Assembly: GCA_013416795.1 (NCBI GenBank)
Contig: RQSC01000015.1
Span: forward strand, 617,218 to 681,217
From: Prasinococcaceae sp. CCMP 1430
Lineage: Eukaryota > Plantae > Prasinodermophyta
DNA length: 64,000 nucleotides
Reading direction: 5' to 3'
In this document: piece after piece, positions 1-11,609 of the stretch
How the letters are laid out: each line of letters starts with the position of its first letter
How positions within the stretch are numbered: the stretch's first letter is position 1
Program-made: the position numbers and the translations under genes
The notes under the pieces: model-generated
Databases searched by the model: none
Told to the model about the DNA's origin: nothing
The model's input: the letters and a program-made list of their open reading frames with translations, nothing else

Positions 1-2
1 GC

Positions 3-1000
3 GCGGCGGGCGCAGGCGCGGCGGCCGCCGCTCGCGGCGGCTTTCCGCTCAAGGATGCGTGCACGTGCGGGATCCTCAGCACCGTCGGCGACGCCATCGC
101 CCAGGCGTTCGAGGCGGCCCGCGCGCCCGCCGACTCGCGCGGGCGGGTGCGCGCGCTGCTTACCCACGCCGACGCTCGCGCGCACGACTGGGCCCGCGCG
201 CTTCGCATGGGTGCGTCGCGCCGGCCGCGCGCAGAGACGTCGGAGGACCCGCGAGCCATGCTGCGCACATGCGCGCACGCGTCACGCCCGGGCGCGCTGT
301 CAGCGCCGCGCGAGCGATGCGATCACATGCACTCGCACGTGCATGTCGCCGCCAGGGTGTCGTCGCGGCCAGGTTGGTGGTCGCCGCCGTCGTCGCGCTG
401 ACCAGTGCGCGCGTGCGTGACGCGCGACGCGCCTCCCCGCGCCCGTTCGCCGCGCCTTTGCGCGTCTGCATGCGCGCACAGCGAGCTACGGCTTCCTGCT
501 GTACGGTCCCGGCCAGAAGGTCTGGTACGCCTTTCTGGATCGCACGTTCTCCTCGCCAGGCTGGCGCTCCTTCGGCGCCAAGGTGGCGCTCAACCAGCTC
601 GTGCTCGGGCCCGCCGTGCTCGTGGCGGTCTTCACGTGGAACCTCGGATGGCAGGTGCGCACGGCGCGCCATGTAGCTGATGAGCACGAGCCCGACAACG
701 CTCGCGCGGCTGCGCTCGCGCGTGCGCACCGATGAGTGCACGATGGACTGACGCGTGCGCGTGCGCCCCCCCCCCCTACGTGCGCCGGTACGCGCGCCGG
801 TATGCTCGCAGGGCAAGTGGTCCGAGCTCCCCGACAAGTTCAACCGCGACGCACTCGAGACGCTGGTCACCGGCTGGCGCTTCTGGGTGCCCGCGTCGAT
901 GATCAACTTCTCGCTGGTCCCGCTGCAGTATCGCGTGGCGTACATGAGCTCGTGCGCAATCTTCTGGAACTTTTACCTGTCGCTGGCGTCGAACAAGTGA
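3..1000 (+). CDS. Mpv17/PMP22 family membrane protein, 5'-partial; introns 211-481 and 655-811
   Basis: Spliced reading gives ILSTVGDAIAQ...ASYGFLLYGPGQKVWYAFLD...KVALNQLVLGP...GKWSELPDKF...TGWRFWVPASMINFSLVPLQYRVAYMSSCAIFWNFYLS, all typical Mpv17 motifs. Donors GTGCGT/GTGCGC, CAG acceptors. Confidence 0.9.
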
Positions 1001-1256
1001 GCGGCGCGGGCGCGCGCTACGGGCCTGCATGGGCGGGTCACGTGTGTAACACACGGCTTGGGGACGGGTTGGAGGAGTGCACGCCCGCGCTCGCGCGCAG
1101 CGACGCCAGGACGCGCGCGCGCGCCACGGCGCGCGCGCGCGGGCACGTGCGCGTGCGCGTGCGCGTCGGTAGAGTACCCAGCAGCCGCGAATTACACGCG
1201 CGCCGCGCAGCGGGGTGCCGCTGCCGCGCGCGTCACTTGTGCGCGAGCCGCGCCGC

Positions 1257-2768
1257 CTAGAGCGAGGCGATGGCGGCGGCGCGCTTCGCCAGCAGCTCCT
1301 GCTTCTTGGCGTAGTAGGCAGCGCTCTTCGCCTTGCGCTTGTCCTCGAGCTCCTTCACGGTGTCGTAGTAGTTCCAGCCGACCTCGGACGACAGGCGCGC
1401 GAGCGTGCAGAACTTGTGGCCGGGCAGCAGGCGCAGCACCTTGAGCGCGTCGGGCACGACCATGCGCTTCTGCGTGTCGTAGGGGGCCGGGATGCCCTCG
1501 AACGACTTGACGCGCTCCATCGCAGCGACGCCGCGCTTGGTCTTGTGCGGCACCATGCCGCGCACCGTGCGCCAGAAGATGCGGGAGGGCGAGCGGAAGT
1601 GGAACGGACCCTTGGTCGGGTTGGTGTTCATCTTCTTCCTCAGGTAGCGCTGGTAGCGCTCTGTGGTGCGCGGGAGGGGGGGGCAGACGGAGAGCGGGCG
1701 GGCGGCGCGGCGTCAGCAGCGGCACTCGCCCCGGTGGCAGGCACGCGTGGCGGCAGCACGCGTGGCGGCAGATGCGCGCGTCGCGCGGGATCCTGCGATC
1801 CCTACGCGGGCCCGAACGAGGGTCGAGCGCGCCGTCGCCCGGCTGCGCGAACACCTCGCCGAAGCTTGGACGGGTCGCACATCCGGCGACCCGCACCGCT
1901 GACGCGACCACGCGCGTGGCAGCGCGCGCATCCGCCTCCCCACCCCGTGCGCTCACCGGGCGCCGCCGCGCCGCCGCGCCGCCGCGCACGTACCGCGCTG
2001 GCGCACGATGCCGCCCGAGAGGCAGATCTCCTCGCAGCGCACCACGACGACCTTCTTGCCGAGCAGCGCCTGCTTGGCGACGATGGAGGCCAGGCGGCCG
2101 AGCATGTGGCCGCGGCCATCGATGACGGTGTACTCACCCTGCGGGGCGGGGGCGGCAGCGGCGGCGGCTTAGGTCAGCGCGACGCGCACCGGGGCGGAAT
2201 AAAAAACGAGGGAAAAAATGGGGCAGTCGCAAGCGAACGGGAGGGGAGGAAGGGGGAAGGACAGGCAGGGCGGAGGCGCCCACGAAGCTCTCCGCCGCCG
2301 CCGATCGCGGTCGCGGAGGGCATGCCGAGCGCGCGGACGCGCCGGCGCCGGGCAGGACGCGCCAGCCGCCGCCGCGCGCGGGGCTTCGGGGCGCCCCATC
2401 AAAACGCACCCAAAAAACACTGTATCAAAACGAAGGCGCCAAACCACCCCGTCAAAACGCAGGCGACGGGTCAAAAAGCACGGCATTTTTTTAATTCCTA
2501 CTGTACAGTATTTCTTTCCCGATGCGCATTTGCGTGAAAAAAAAGATGCAAAGAAAAAACTTCCCATCGAAACGAAAGCACCGAAACGAGGGCGCGCGAC
2601 CGACCCGTCAAAACGAAAGCGACGTGTCAAAACGCACCTCCCGATTGCATATTCATCGATGCGAGTTTGAATGGAAAATAAAAACAAAAGATCAAAATCA
2701 AAAAGGTGTGGCCTCACCGGTACGCAACCTCTTTCTGGCTGGAGAGTGGTCGACGGCGACGGCAGCAT
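1257..2768 (-). CDS. RPL13A: 60S ribosomal protein L13a (uL13); exons 2768-2718 (tentative), 2138-1994, 1660-1257
   Basis: [19 protein letters not shown]...VVVRCEEI...[34 protein letters not shown]. The first exon (ATG 2768, GTGAGG donor, phase 0) is plausible but not certain. Confidence 0.95.
2397..2640. promoter_or_regulatory. Cluster of ~8 TC(A/G)AAACG-like motifs in an AT-rich part of RPL13A intron 1
   Basis: TCAAAACG at 2399, 2425, 2452, 2608, 2627; TCGAAACG at 2567; variants at 2471 and 2581. Confidence 0.6.
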
Positions 2769-2955
2769 GCCACAGCGCACGCGCACGCGCCGTCGCGCCT
2801 CGGCTCACGACGCGCAACACAGGCCGAACGAAGGGCGTGCTTAAGAGTCTACGGCGCCTCGGCGCGCGCGCGCTTGCGGCGACCGCGGCCGCGCACTTGG
2901 GCCTGCGCGCCTCCGGCGCGCTCCAGCGCTCGCCTTTCTCCCGCCACCCTCGCGC

Positions 2956-4770
2956 TCAGAGGCCGAACCCTTGCGGCTTGGTCTCACGCACGTTGTACCC
3001 CTCCGTGAGGAGGTCGATCTCGTCGAGGATGTCGCTGTCGTCGTCGTCGTCGGCCGCGGCGCCTCCGCTCTCGCCCGTCCGGCGCGACTGCTTGGGCCCG
3101 TCGCGCGGCCTCTGCTTGCCGGCGGCGGCGGCCTGCTTCTCAGCGAACTTGCTCATCACGTTCTCGACGCGCGCGCGGTTCCGCTGCTCAACGGCAGAGA
3201 TTTGGGCAGCTTCGGGAGCGTCACCTTGGTCGTCCTCGGCGTCGTCGAGCATCTCGTCCGCGAGCTCATCCCACAGTTCCTCGTTGTCGTCCTCGCTGTC
3301 GACGCTCATGTCCTCGCCACCAGCGATCGGGCCATCCTCCTCGACCTCGGACTCGGCACTAGAAACAGCGGCGATGCCCTCCTCCGCGCGCCGCGCCACT
3401 GCGTCGGCGGCCTCCTCCGCGCCGCGCACCTGCTCGCCGAGCAGCGCGTCGAGCTCGGCGCTCGCAGCGTCGGTGCCAGTGACGACATTCGAGGTCCCGC
3501 TGGAGGAGGGCGCCGGTGCCACACCTCCCTCGGCTTCGAGGGCACGCGGTGTCAGGCCCGCCGGCTCCGCATCTGCCTCCTTGCTGGCGCTCCTCTTGGG
3601 TCCGGCGCCGACCGCCTTCGCCTGCGTCTTCTTGGGGTTGAGGAGCATCTCCGGGTGGTAGTCCCACGGCGCCTCGGGCTTGGCCGCCCCCCAGCCGTTT
3701 TCGCCGCCACGCGTCGTCTCGCTGAGGTAGGTCGTGAGCACGCGCCGCACCGGCACGTGCATACCCGCCTGCGCGCGCGGCGCGGCGCAACGCGGCGCCG
3801 CGTGGCGTATGTGTGAGTGTGCGTGAGTGCGTGGTGGGGGTGGCGGCGTTCGCGCGCACGAGCGGATGCAGCCTCCGTCAGCTCGCGTAGCACGGACGCG
3901 CTCGCGAGCAGCGCGTCTGCAGAGCGAGCGCGTGGGCGGCAGAGCGAGCGCGTGGGCGGGCGCACCTCGCAGTAGTCTTTTGTGCACATCTCCGCCTCGT
4001 AGATGACCACCGAGGCCGGCGCGCGTAGCTCGAGCTCCGAGAGCGCGACGCGCAGGATGGCGAGCTCCATCACGCGAAAGCGCGCGCGCTCGAGGGGATC
4101 CACAGGCAGGCAGCAGCGCAGCACCTCGCCGTGCTCCACCGAGCAGCGCGTGGCCGCCGCGAGCAGCTTCTGCGCGTACGAGACGGCGCCTTCGCTCATG
4201 GTGGAGTACAACGGCTCCGCGAAGGTGCGCTCGTCCAGGGCGCTCTCGCGGGCCACCCGCTGCGCCTTGGCGGAGTCCTCCTCCACGGCCCCGCCGGCGC
4301 GCGCCTCCACGGCGCGCTCGAGCGCCGGCGTGGGCGCGACGGCGAGCGGCGGCGCGTCGTCGACGCCCGTGGCGGCGAAGAACGCCGGCAGCGGCACGAC
4401 CTCAATGGGCGCGCCCATGCGGTCGATGGCGCCGCGGCGCGCCTCGAAGACGTCCATGGGGTGGCGCCGCGCCTGCACATGGCGCGGGGCACGGGGGGAA
4501 AGGGAAGGCGCGGGACGGCGGGGTGCGACCGCGGGGGCGAGCACGCGCAGGTCAGCTCTCGTCGCTCGTCCTCGCGCTCCAGCGCGCTCGCGCGCGCCGG
4601 CAGCACGCCTCGGCGCGCGGCGCCGCGTCCGCGCCGCACCGTGAGCGCCTCGTAGAGCACCGACATGGCGGCCCGCCGGCCGAAGCGCTTGCCGCGCACG
4701 CGCCCCGTCTGCGCGAAGTACGGATCGTCGTAGCACGAGTCCGTCCACACCTTGCCCTTGACGGAGGGCC
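2956..4770 (-). CDS. NusB-domain (antitermination-like) protein of plant plastid type with an acidic C-terminal extension; introns 4639-4473 and 3965-3769; 5' end unresolved (in-frame ATG at 4666)
   Basis: Spliced product GRRAAMSVLYEALT-ARRHPMDVFEARR...YAQKLLAA...VMELAILRVALSEL...VVIYEA...KDYCE-AGMHVPVRRVLTTY resembles the plant NusB-like pattern (ILY..., FAKKLL, LEFSILHLAMSE, IVINEA, RFC). Confidence 0.75.
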
Positions 4771-4816
4771 CGCCGCGCGCGCGCCTCTTCGTCTCGCCTC
4801 CTTCCCCGCCCAGTCG

Positions 4817-5657
4817 ATGGAGGCCGTGATGGCGAAGCGCGTGAAAGCCTACAAGGAGGAGGTCGAGGCCATGTGGGACGACGGCAAGGGCTCGTTGCAC
4901 CCTGACTTCGACCCGTCGATCGATGACGGCGTCAAGGCGCCGCGCGAGACCGAGGAGCTCGCGATGGCGATTGTCAAGAACGATCTCAACAAGGTGTACA
5001 CGTACATCGAGGAGGGCGCCGACGTGAACTTCGTCTTCGGCGACCAGTACAGCGCGCCCGAGGGCTACACGCCGCTCATGATCGCCGCCCACCGTGCGTC
5101 GCCGCGCGCGCGCCGCGCGCCACCGCCAGAGCGCGCGCCGCGCGCCACCGCCAGAGCGCGCGGAGGGTCGCACGAGCGAAGACCACCGGGCGCTCGCTGA
5201 CCCTCCCTCCGCCTGCCCCGCGTACGCCCCCGCCGTGGGCGCGACGCGCGCGTGTCGCGCCGAATGCGCAGGCGGCCGCCTGGAGGCCGCCAAGGCTCTG
5301 CTACGCGCCGGCGCGGACCCCAACTACATGAACAACGCGGGCGACACGGTGCTCTTCTGGGGCATCGATGGCGGCATTGAGATCATCAAGCTGCTGGTCG
5401 AGTACGGCGTCGACCTCGACGCGCGCAACCCCGACGGCTGGACCGCGCTGCAGTACGCGCGCGCGCGGGGCAAGTACGGCCGCACCTACGAGAAGGGCAT
5501 CTAGCCCGAGGACGTGCTGCTGTACTACGGCGCCACCGAGTACGGCACGGGGCCCACGAGCCATGGCACCAAGTCGCCACGCAATTCGTATGACCCGGAG
5601 GCGGACGACTTCATGCGCGAGAGGAACTCGTACCAGGAGCCACCCATCGGCCCATGA
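4817..5657 (+). CDS. Ankyrin-repeat protein; intron 5094-5271; in-frame TAG at 5502-5504, coding-like sequence continues to TGA 5655-5657
   Basis: Ankyrin motifs GYTPLMIAAHRGRLEAAKALLRAGADPN, GDTVLFWG and GADVN/GVDLDARNPDGWTALQYA. Codons after the TAG keep the G/C third-position bias. Confidence 0.85.
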
Positions 5658-5919
5658 GCGGCGACGCGCGTGCTCGGCTCCGCGATGCGCGTGCTCGGCT
5701 CCGCGATGCGCATTGCGTGCGTCACACACGTGTGTGGCGTGCGCGCCTTTGGCCAAGCACGCGCCCGCTTCCTGTAAACGTTCGAGCTCTGTGAATACGC
5801 GGTGCATCGCCGACACTCTGGCGCGCGGCTGGTTTGGTTTGGCGAGGCCGCCGCCGCCGCGCGGTGGCCAGAGCGCGCGCGCGGTGCGCGCCGCCGATTG
5901 CGCGCGGCGCGCCGCGCGT

Positions 5920-7067
5920 CACGCGGCTCGCTGACGGCGAGAGCGTGACCGTCGGCGGCATCACCGCGCACTCTCAGCGGCGCGCGCCGTGCCACACGGC
6001 AGCGCCTGGGCCGAAGATCGTGGAGCTTCCCGATGATGCCGAGGCGCCCCCCGCGCAGGAGGACGGCGGCGAGGGCCACGGAGAGCATCGCTACTACGAG
6101 GACGAGGCGCACGCCGCGCGCGAGGCCGAGCTGCGCGCGGCGGCGGCGCGCGAGGAGGTGTCGGGCGAGGCCGCGGCCGCACGAGAGAAGCGGGCCGCGG
6201 ACGACGCGCGCATCGCTGAGCAGCGCCGCGAGCGCCGGCGCGCCGAGCTCACCGCCGATGGCGCCGCCTGCGAGGCGCAGGGATACCTTTGGTCGCAGGA
6301 CGCCGACACCGTCACGTTGCACGCGCTCGTGCCGGCCGGCACGCGCGCCCGGCAGGTGCGCGTGCAGCTGCTGGCGCGCGAGTACGCAGCGGGCACGCGA
6401 GTCGCGCGAGCAATCGACGTGAGCGTCGACGGCACGGCGGTCGTCGCAGGCGAGCTCGGCGGCGCCGTCGAGGTGGACGAGGATGAGGACGACGAAGGTG
6501 CGTACGCGGGCGTTTGTCAGGCGCGTGGCGTCGCGCGAGCAGAGGCGAGCGCTAACGCGCACGCGCGCGCGCCAACGCGGGCCTTCACGCGCAGACATCG
6601 ACTGGTCGCTGCAGGACCTGCCCGGGGACGCTCGCTCGCGGCGTCTGGTCAGCGTGTGCGTGCGCAAGCTGCACCCGGGTGCAGGCGTGCGCCGCTGGTG
6701 GGACTGCGCGCTCGTCGGAGGGCAGAGAATAGACACCACTGCCATCGCCGCGCGCGCGACGTACGGCGCGCGTGCGAACGCAGGCGCGAGCGCATCGGGG
6801 GGGCGCGCGAGCGGGGAGAGCGGCCGAGCATCGGGGTCGGGTGTTGGCGGCGGGGAGTACAAGACATTCAAGGAGGTGTTCGCCGAGGCCGAGGCCATGT
6901 TCAAGGAGAAGGTGCGCAATCGCAAGCCCGTGGAGATCGACCTCTCCAACGAGGGCGCGCGCGACGGAGACGCGGTCGCGGCTGGGAGCGCGCGCGCCCC
7001 CACGCGCGCGGACGACCAAGACCGCTCGCCGCTGCCCCCTGCGGCCGACACGGGGCGCGAGTGGTGA
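5920..7067 (+). CDS. CS-domain (p23/NudC/HSP20-like) protein; intron 6498-6594; start not found
   Basis: YLWSQDADTVTLHALVPAGTRARQVRVQL...VVAGELGGAVEVDE-DIDWSL...LVSVCVRK...RRWWDCALVG...IDTT is a CS-domain pattern. There is no in-frame ATG upstream. Confidence 0.7.
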
Positions 7068-7977
7068 GGCATGCAGCTCCAACACCGCGGGCGCGACGGA
7101 CGCGTGCGCTCGCGCTCGCGGCGCCCGTGGGGGTCGCTCGCACACCCGGGTCTGCCCGGTCAGGACCGATCGTAGACCGGGTTCAAAGCGCCAGACAGCC
7201 CCATGTTTGGGCCCCTCGTCCACGAGAGTCCACCCACACACAGTGTAATCCCACGCGCAGGCAGGGTGCCAGCGTTCGGCGAGAGCCCTTGTCACGCGAC
7301 GCCCGTCCGGGCCCAACCACCACCACCACTTGCATGATGGATGGCACACCACAAAAGACCCCCCCACCTCACAAAAAAAAAGAGGAAAAAAAGGGGTGGG
7401 GTGGGGTGGGATGGGCGAAAGCGCAACAGAATCTGCAGTCACCTCTAAAACCGACCATCACCCCGAAACACCGCGCGCGCGCGCGACATGGCTGGCTCCG
7501 ATTTGGTGCGCGCGCGGCGCCACGCGTGCGCGCGGTTGTTACTCGCGAGCAGGCCGCGCGCCCATCGAAACGCACCTTTTGTTTTTTTTTCCGAGGAGGG
7601 CGAAAGGGGGGAAAGGGGGAAGGCGCCGGTTATTATCGCCTGGCCGCGCGATCGCGCCTGCCCGCAGCTGCGGGTGCTGCGCGCGCGCGCTCGCGCCCCC
7701 CCTCTCCACCACCACCACCACCGTCCCCGCGGCGCCCGCGCCCGCGCGCCGGCAGGAGGAGGGGCAGGAGCAGCTGCTGACGCCCGAGGGCGCTCGCATC
7801 CCCCCAACACACACATCCCACCCAGCCCGTCCCCTGCCGCGTGCGGGCGAGCGCGACACGGAGCTCGCGCGCCGCGGTCGCTCCGAGGCCGTTTGGGGGG
7901 GCCGGCCGGCGGCGGGCCGGTGCGCGGCGCGCGGCACCGGCACGCACGGCGCGGACGCGCGCGCGCGCGAGCGAGCG

Positions 7978-9246
7978 ATGGCCTCCTCCGTGGCCCTGCC
8001 CGAGGGCTTCGCCCCGGCCGCGCTGGTGAGGTCGACCGAGGAGTACGACAAGATGTGGAAGGAGTCCGTCGAGGACCCGGCCGCGTTCTGGGGCCGCATC
8101 GCCGATGACTTCCACTGGAACACCAAGCCCGAGAGCGTGGTCAGCGACGCCAACAACTTCGACGTGCGCGAGGGAACCATCTCGTCGAAGTGGTTCGAGG
8201 GCGGCACCACCAACTTGTGCTACAACGCGGTGGATCGCCACGTCAAGGCCGGCAACGGCGACAAGGTGGCCTTCTACTGGGAGGGCAACGACGTGGGCGA
8301 GGAGAGCGTGATGACCTACTCCGACGTGCTGGCCGCCGTGTGCCGCCTCGCGAACCACCTGCGCTCGGTTGGCGTCAAGAAGGGCGACCGCGTGGTCATC
8401 TACCTGCCCATGCTCTGCGAGCTGCCCATCGCCATGCTGGCGTGCGCGCGCATCGGCGCGGTGCACAGCGTCGTCTTCGGCGGGTTCTCGGCGGACGCGC
8501 TCGCGAGCCGCATCGAAGACTCCGACGCGAGCGTGCTCCTCACCTGCTCGTGCGTCAAGCGCGGCGCCAAGGCCATCAACCTCAAGGCCATCGCCGACGC
8601 CGCCATGGCCAAGTGCGAGGCCGGCGGCAACGCGGTGAAGCACTGCCTGTGCTACGACAACGCGCGCGCGCAGCCCGACCGCGCCAAGGTGGGCTTCGCG
8701 GAGGGGCGCGACGCGTGGTGGCAGGACGCCGTCGCCGCGCAGAGCGACTCGTGCGCGGTCGAGTGGATGGGCGCCGAGGAGCCCTCCTTCATGCTGTACA
8801 CGTCGGGCTCCACGGGTAAGCCCAAGGGCGTGCTGCACACAACCGGCGGCTACATGGTGGGCGCGGCCACCACCTTCAAGTACTCCTTCGACTGGAACGA
8901 GCAGCAGCAGCGCGAGGGCGTCTTCTGGTGCACGGCCGACTGCGGCTGGATCACGGGCCACTCCTACATCGCCTACGGCCCCATGTTCAACGGCGCCTCG
9001 CAGGTGGTCTTCGAGGGCGTGCCCAACTACCCCGACGCGGGGCGCTGCTGGGACGTGTGCGACAAGTACAAAGTGAGCGTCTTCTACACGGCGCCAACAG
9101 CCATCCGCGCGCTCATGCGCGAGGGCGACGCCTTCGTCACGCGCTCCAAGCGCGACAGCCTGCGCGTGCTGGGCACTGTGGGCGAGCCCATCAACCCCGA
9201 GGCGTGGCGGTGGTACTACGAGGTCGTCGGTGGCAGCCGCTGCCCC

Positions 9247-9278
<32 letters not shown>

Positions 9279-10033
9279 AGGTGCGTGATGATGACGCTGC
9301 GGCGGCCATCGGAGTGGAGTCGCCAGTCTGCCAGTCTTGCTTCCCCCCCCCGCCGCCCCCGCCCCCCCTCGCTGTCCTGTCCCACTTTCCCCCTGGGCGT
9401 CAGCCCGGAAGCGCTCGCGCTGCGCGTGGCTCGCGCTCGAGCGCGAAGCGCTGACGCGATTCGCCCGTCTGGAGCGCGCGCGCAGGCCACATGATCACGC
9501 CGCTCCCGGGCGTCGGCCCGCAGGTGCCAGGCTCGGCCACCAGGCCCTTCTTCGGCGTGGACCCCGTCATCCTCGACGACAAGGGCAACGAGCTGCAGGG
9601 CGAGTGTCAGGGCCTGCTGTGCATCCGCCGCTCGTGGCCGTCGGTCATGCGCACCATCTACGGCGACCACGAGCGCTACGAGACGACGTACTTCGCGCCA
9701 TGCAAGGGCTACTACTTCTCGGGCGACGGCGCGCGCCGCGACGCCGAGGGGAACTATTGGATCACCGGCCGCGTGGACGATGTGATCAACGTGTCGGGCC
9801 ACCGCATTGGCACGGCGGAGGTCGAGAGCGCGCTGGTGCTCCACCCCAAGTGCGCCGAGGCCGCCGTGGTTGGCGTGGACCACCCCGTGAAGGGGCAGGC
9901 GATCTACGCCTACGTGACGCTCATGGAGGGCGTCGAGCCCAGCGAGGAGCTGCGCAAGGAGCTGCGCGGAATGCCGCGCTCGCACATCGGCCCCTTCGCC
10001 GGCCCCGACACCATCCACTGGGCCCCGGGGCTC

Positions 10034-10065
<32 letters not shown>

Positions 10066-10171
10066 CGTGCTGCGCAAGATCGCCTCCAACGAGCTCGACC
10101 AGCTGGGCGACACCTCCACCCTCGCGGACCCGTCGGTCGTCGACAAACTCGTCGAGCTGCGCGGAAAGTAA
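7978..10171 (+). CDS. ACS: Acetyl-CoA synthetase (acetate-CoA ligase); intron 9281-9485
   Basis: [106 protein letters not shown]. Confidence 0.97.
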
Positions 10172-10656
10172 ATAGGCGCCGCCCGACGGCGCGCTTTGTG
10201 CCGCGAGATCGACTGCGGTGGCCGCGGCCTCCGCCCACTCGCATTGTAGTACCATTGTCTGTCGCGAAGTCATCCCGGGAGGAGCGGGGCTCGGACCGCG
10301 CGCGGTGCCCCCCCCCTGCTCAACGTGCGAGGCGCCGCGGCGCCGCAGCGTGCGTATTGCCGTAGACGGATGACGCGCCACTACAAAGTACGCACTCCTT
10401 GACCCCTCTCCCACAGACGCCATCGACCGTGCAAAAACGGCTGCTGCTGCGGGCCACGCTGTGAACCGGCCGCGCCACACCGCGCGCGCGGGCCGCGCGC
10501 GCGCGGTGTGGCCTGGGGGGGTGGGGCGCACCGCCGCCCGCGACCTTTGTTTCGAGCCGCGGGGACTTCCCTCCGGCTCTGCCTGTTTGGCTGCCACGCG
10601 TGCCCTCCCTCCACGCGCGCGCGCCTGCTCGCGCGCGCGGCGCGGGGGGGGCTGCC

Positions 10657-11240
10657 ATGCGCACGCCGGCGCACCTGCACCAGCTCGGACTACCGCGCTT
10701 CTATGATGACGAGGGCGCGCGGCGGTCGGGGCGCAGGCGGCGGCGGCGGCACCCGCGTGGCAGCAAGGGGGATTCGGGCATCGAGTCGCGCGAGGGGTCC
10801 GGCAGGGGGGCGCTCGCGGCGCTGCTGCGATGCGCGTGCGGCTACCGCACGCTCCTGCCGCTCGTAGCGGCCGCGCTCGTGGCGGCTGCGGGCCTTTCGG
10901 TGCTCGGCGGCATGCGCGCGATTGCGCGCGATCGCCGCCGCCGCTGCGCTCGGCGGCTCGCGCGCCGCGCTGCACGACGCTCGCGGCGACGGCGCGCTGC
11001 TGGGCAGGTATGATCTGGACGGGGCGTACGCTGCGCGCCTCAGGGGCGTTTTCGCGCTCTCGCTACCGCCCCTGCCACCCTTCCCTCCCCCCCCCCCCGC
11101 GCCATCCCCGCGTGGTCCGGTCTGAGCTCTCGCAGGTGCCTGAGCTAACGGAGGCGACGGTGCAGTCGCGGATGTGGAGGAGGCGACCGGGCTCATCATG
11201 GCGGAGCTCCTCAGTGAGGTGATGCGCCGCAAGGCTCCTT
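10657..11240 (+). pseudogene. Small putative type II membrane protein, apparently frameshifted
   Basis: The ATG at 10657 gives MRTPAHLHQLG... followed by hydrophobic LLPLVAAALVAAAGLSVLGGM. A 10-bp tandem duplication (10914-10933) shifts the frame away from a coding-like continuation (..LGRYDLDGAYAARLRGVFALSLPPLPPFPPPP). No family recognised. Confidence 0.35.
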
Positions 11241-11481
11241 GAAGGCCAGCTTCTTCTTCTCCTCGCCCCCCCCCCCCCTCTCTCTCTCGAGCTACCCACC
11301 GCAGCAAGGGGTGATGGTGGGGAGCAGGCTCTCGCAGTTGTGCTGTAAATGTGGAATGTATGTTTTGTTGTGCACCTGCTTTTTGACCTGTGAGCTCTCT
11401 CTTATTTCACAGCTGAAAGTGAAAGCGGTTTGGGGCGCGCGCCTGTGGCCACGGGCCGTCGAATTAGGGGCAATGAGAGGG

Positions 11482-11490
11482 AGGGTTTAG
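11482..11490. promoter_or_regulatory. Telo-box-like AGGGTTTAG ~120 bp upstream of TRM7; similar sites at 17662, 30407-30425, 32718, 39497, 44589, 45055
   Basis: Exact TTTAGGG/AAACCCTA-phase fragments in 5'/intergenic DNA. Confidence 0.5.
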
Positions 11491-11560
11491 AGACTTGCCT
11501 CGCCGCGCGACATCGCGCGCGCCCGGCGCGCACAGCCTGGGCGGCACTGTCGGTCGCGGT

Positions 11561-11594
<34 letters not shown>

Positions 11595-11609
11595 GCGCCT
11601 GCGCGCGCC

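Noticed and set aside
2139-2717. snoRNA in RPL13A intron 1
   Set aside because: No convincing C/D (RUGAUGA...CUGA) or H/ACA layout by eye; the only CTGA is the branch point.
5502-5504. Genome-wide TAG reassignment
   Set aside because: TAG terminates RPL13A, PSMA2, DYNC2LI1 and other genes at the expected C-termini.
7633-9309. Long antisense ORFs (also 27576-29918, 33819-35396, 5525-7072, 57808-58632 and many others)
   Set aside because: Shadow frames of GC3-biased genes; Arg/Ala/Pro-rich with no motifs.
10300-10440. CGRGVKECVLCSG resembling a DnaJ zinc-finger piece
   Set aside because: Single short match with no gene structure or codon bias.
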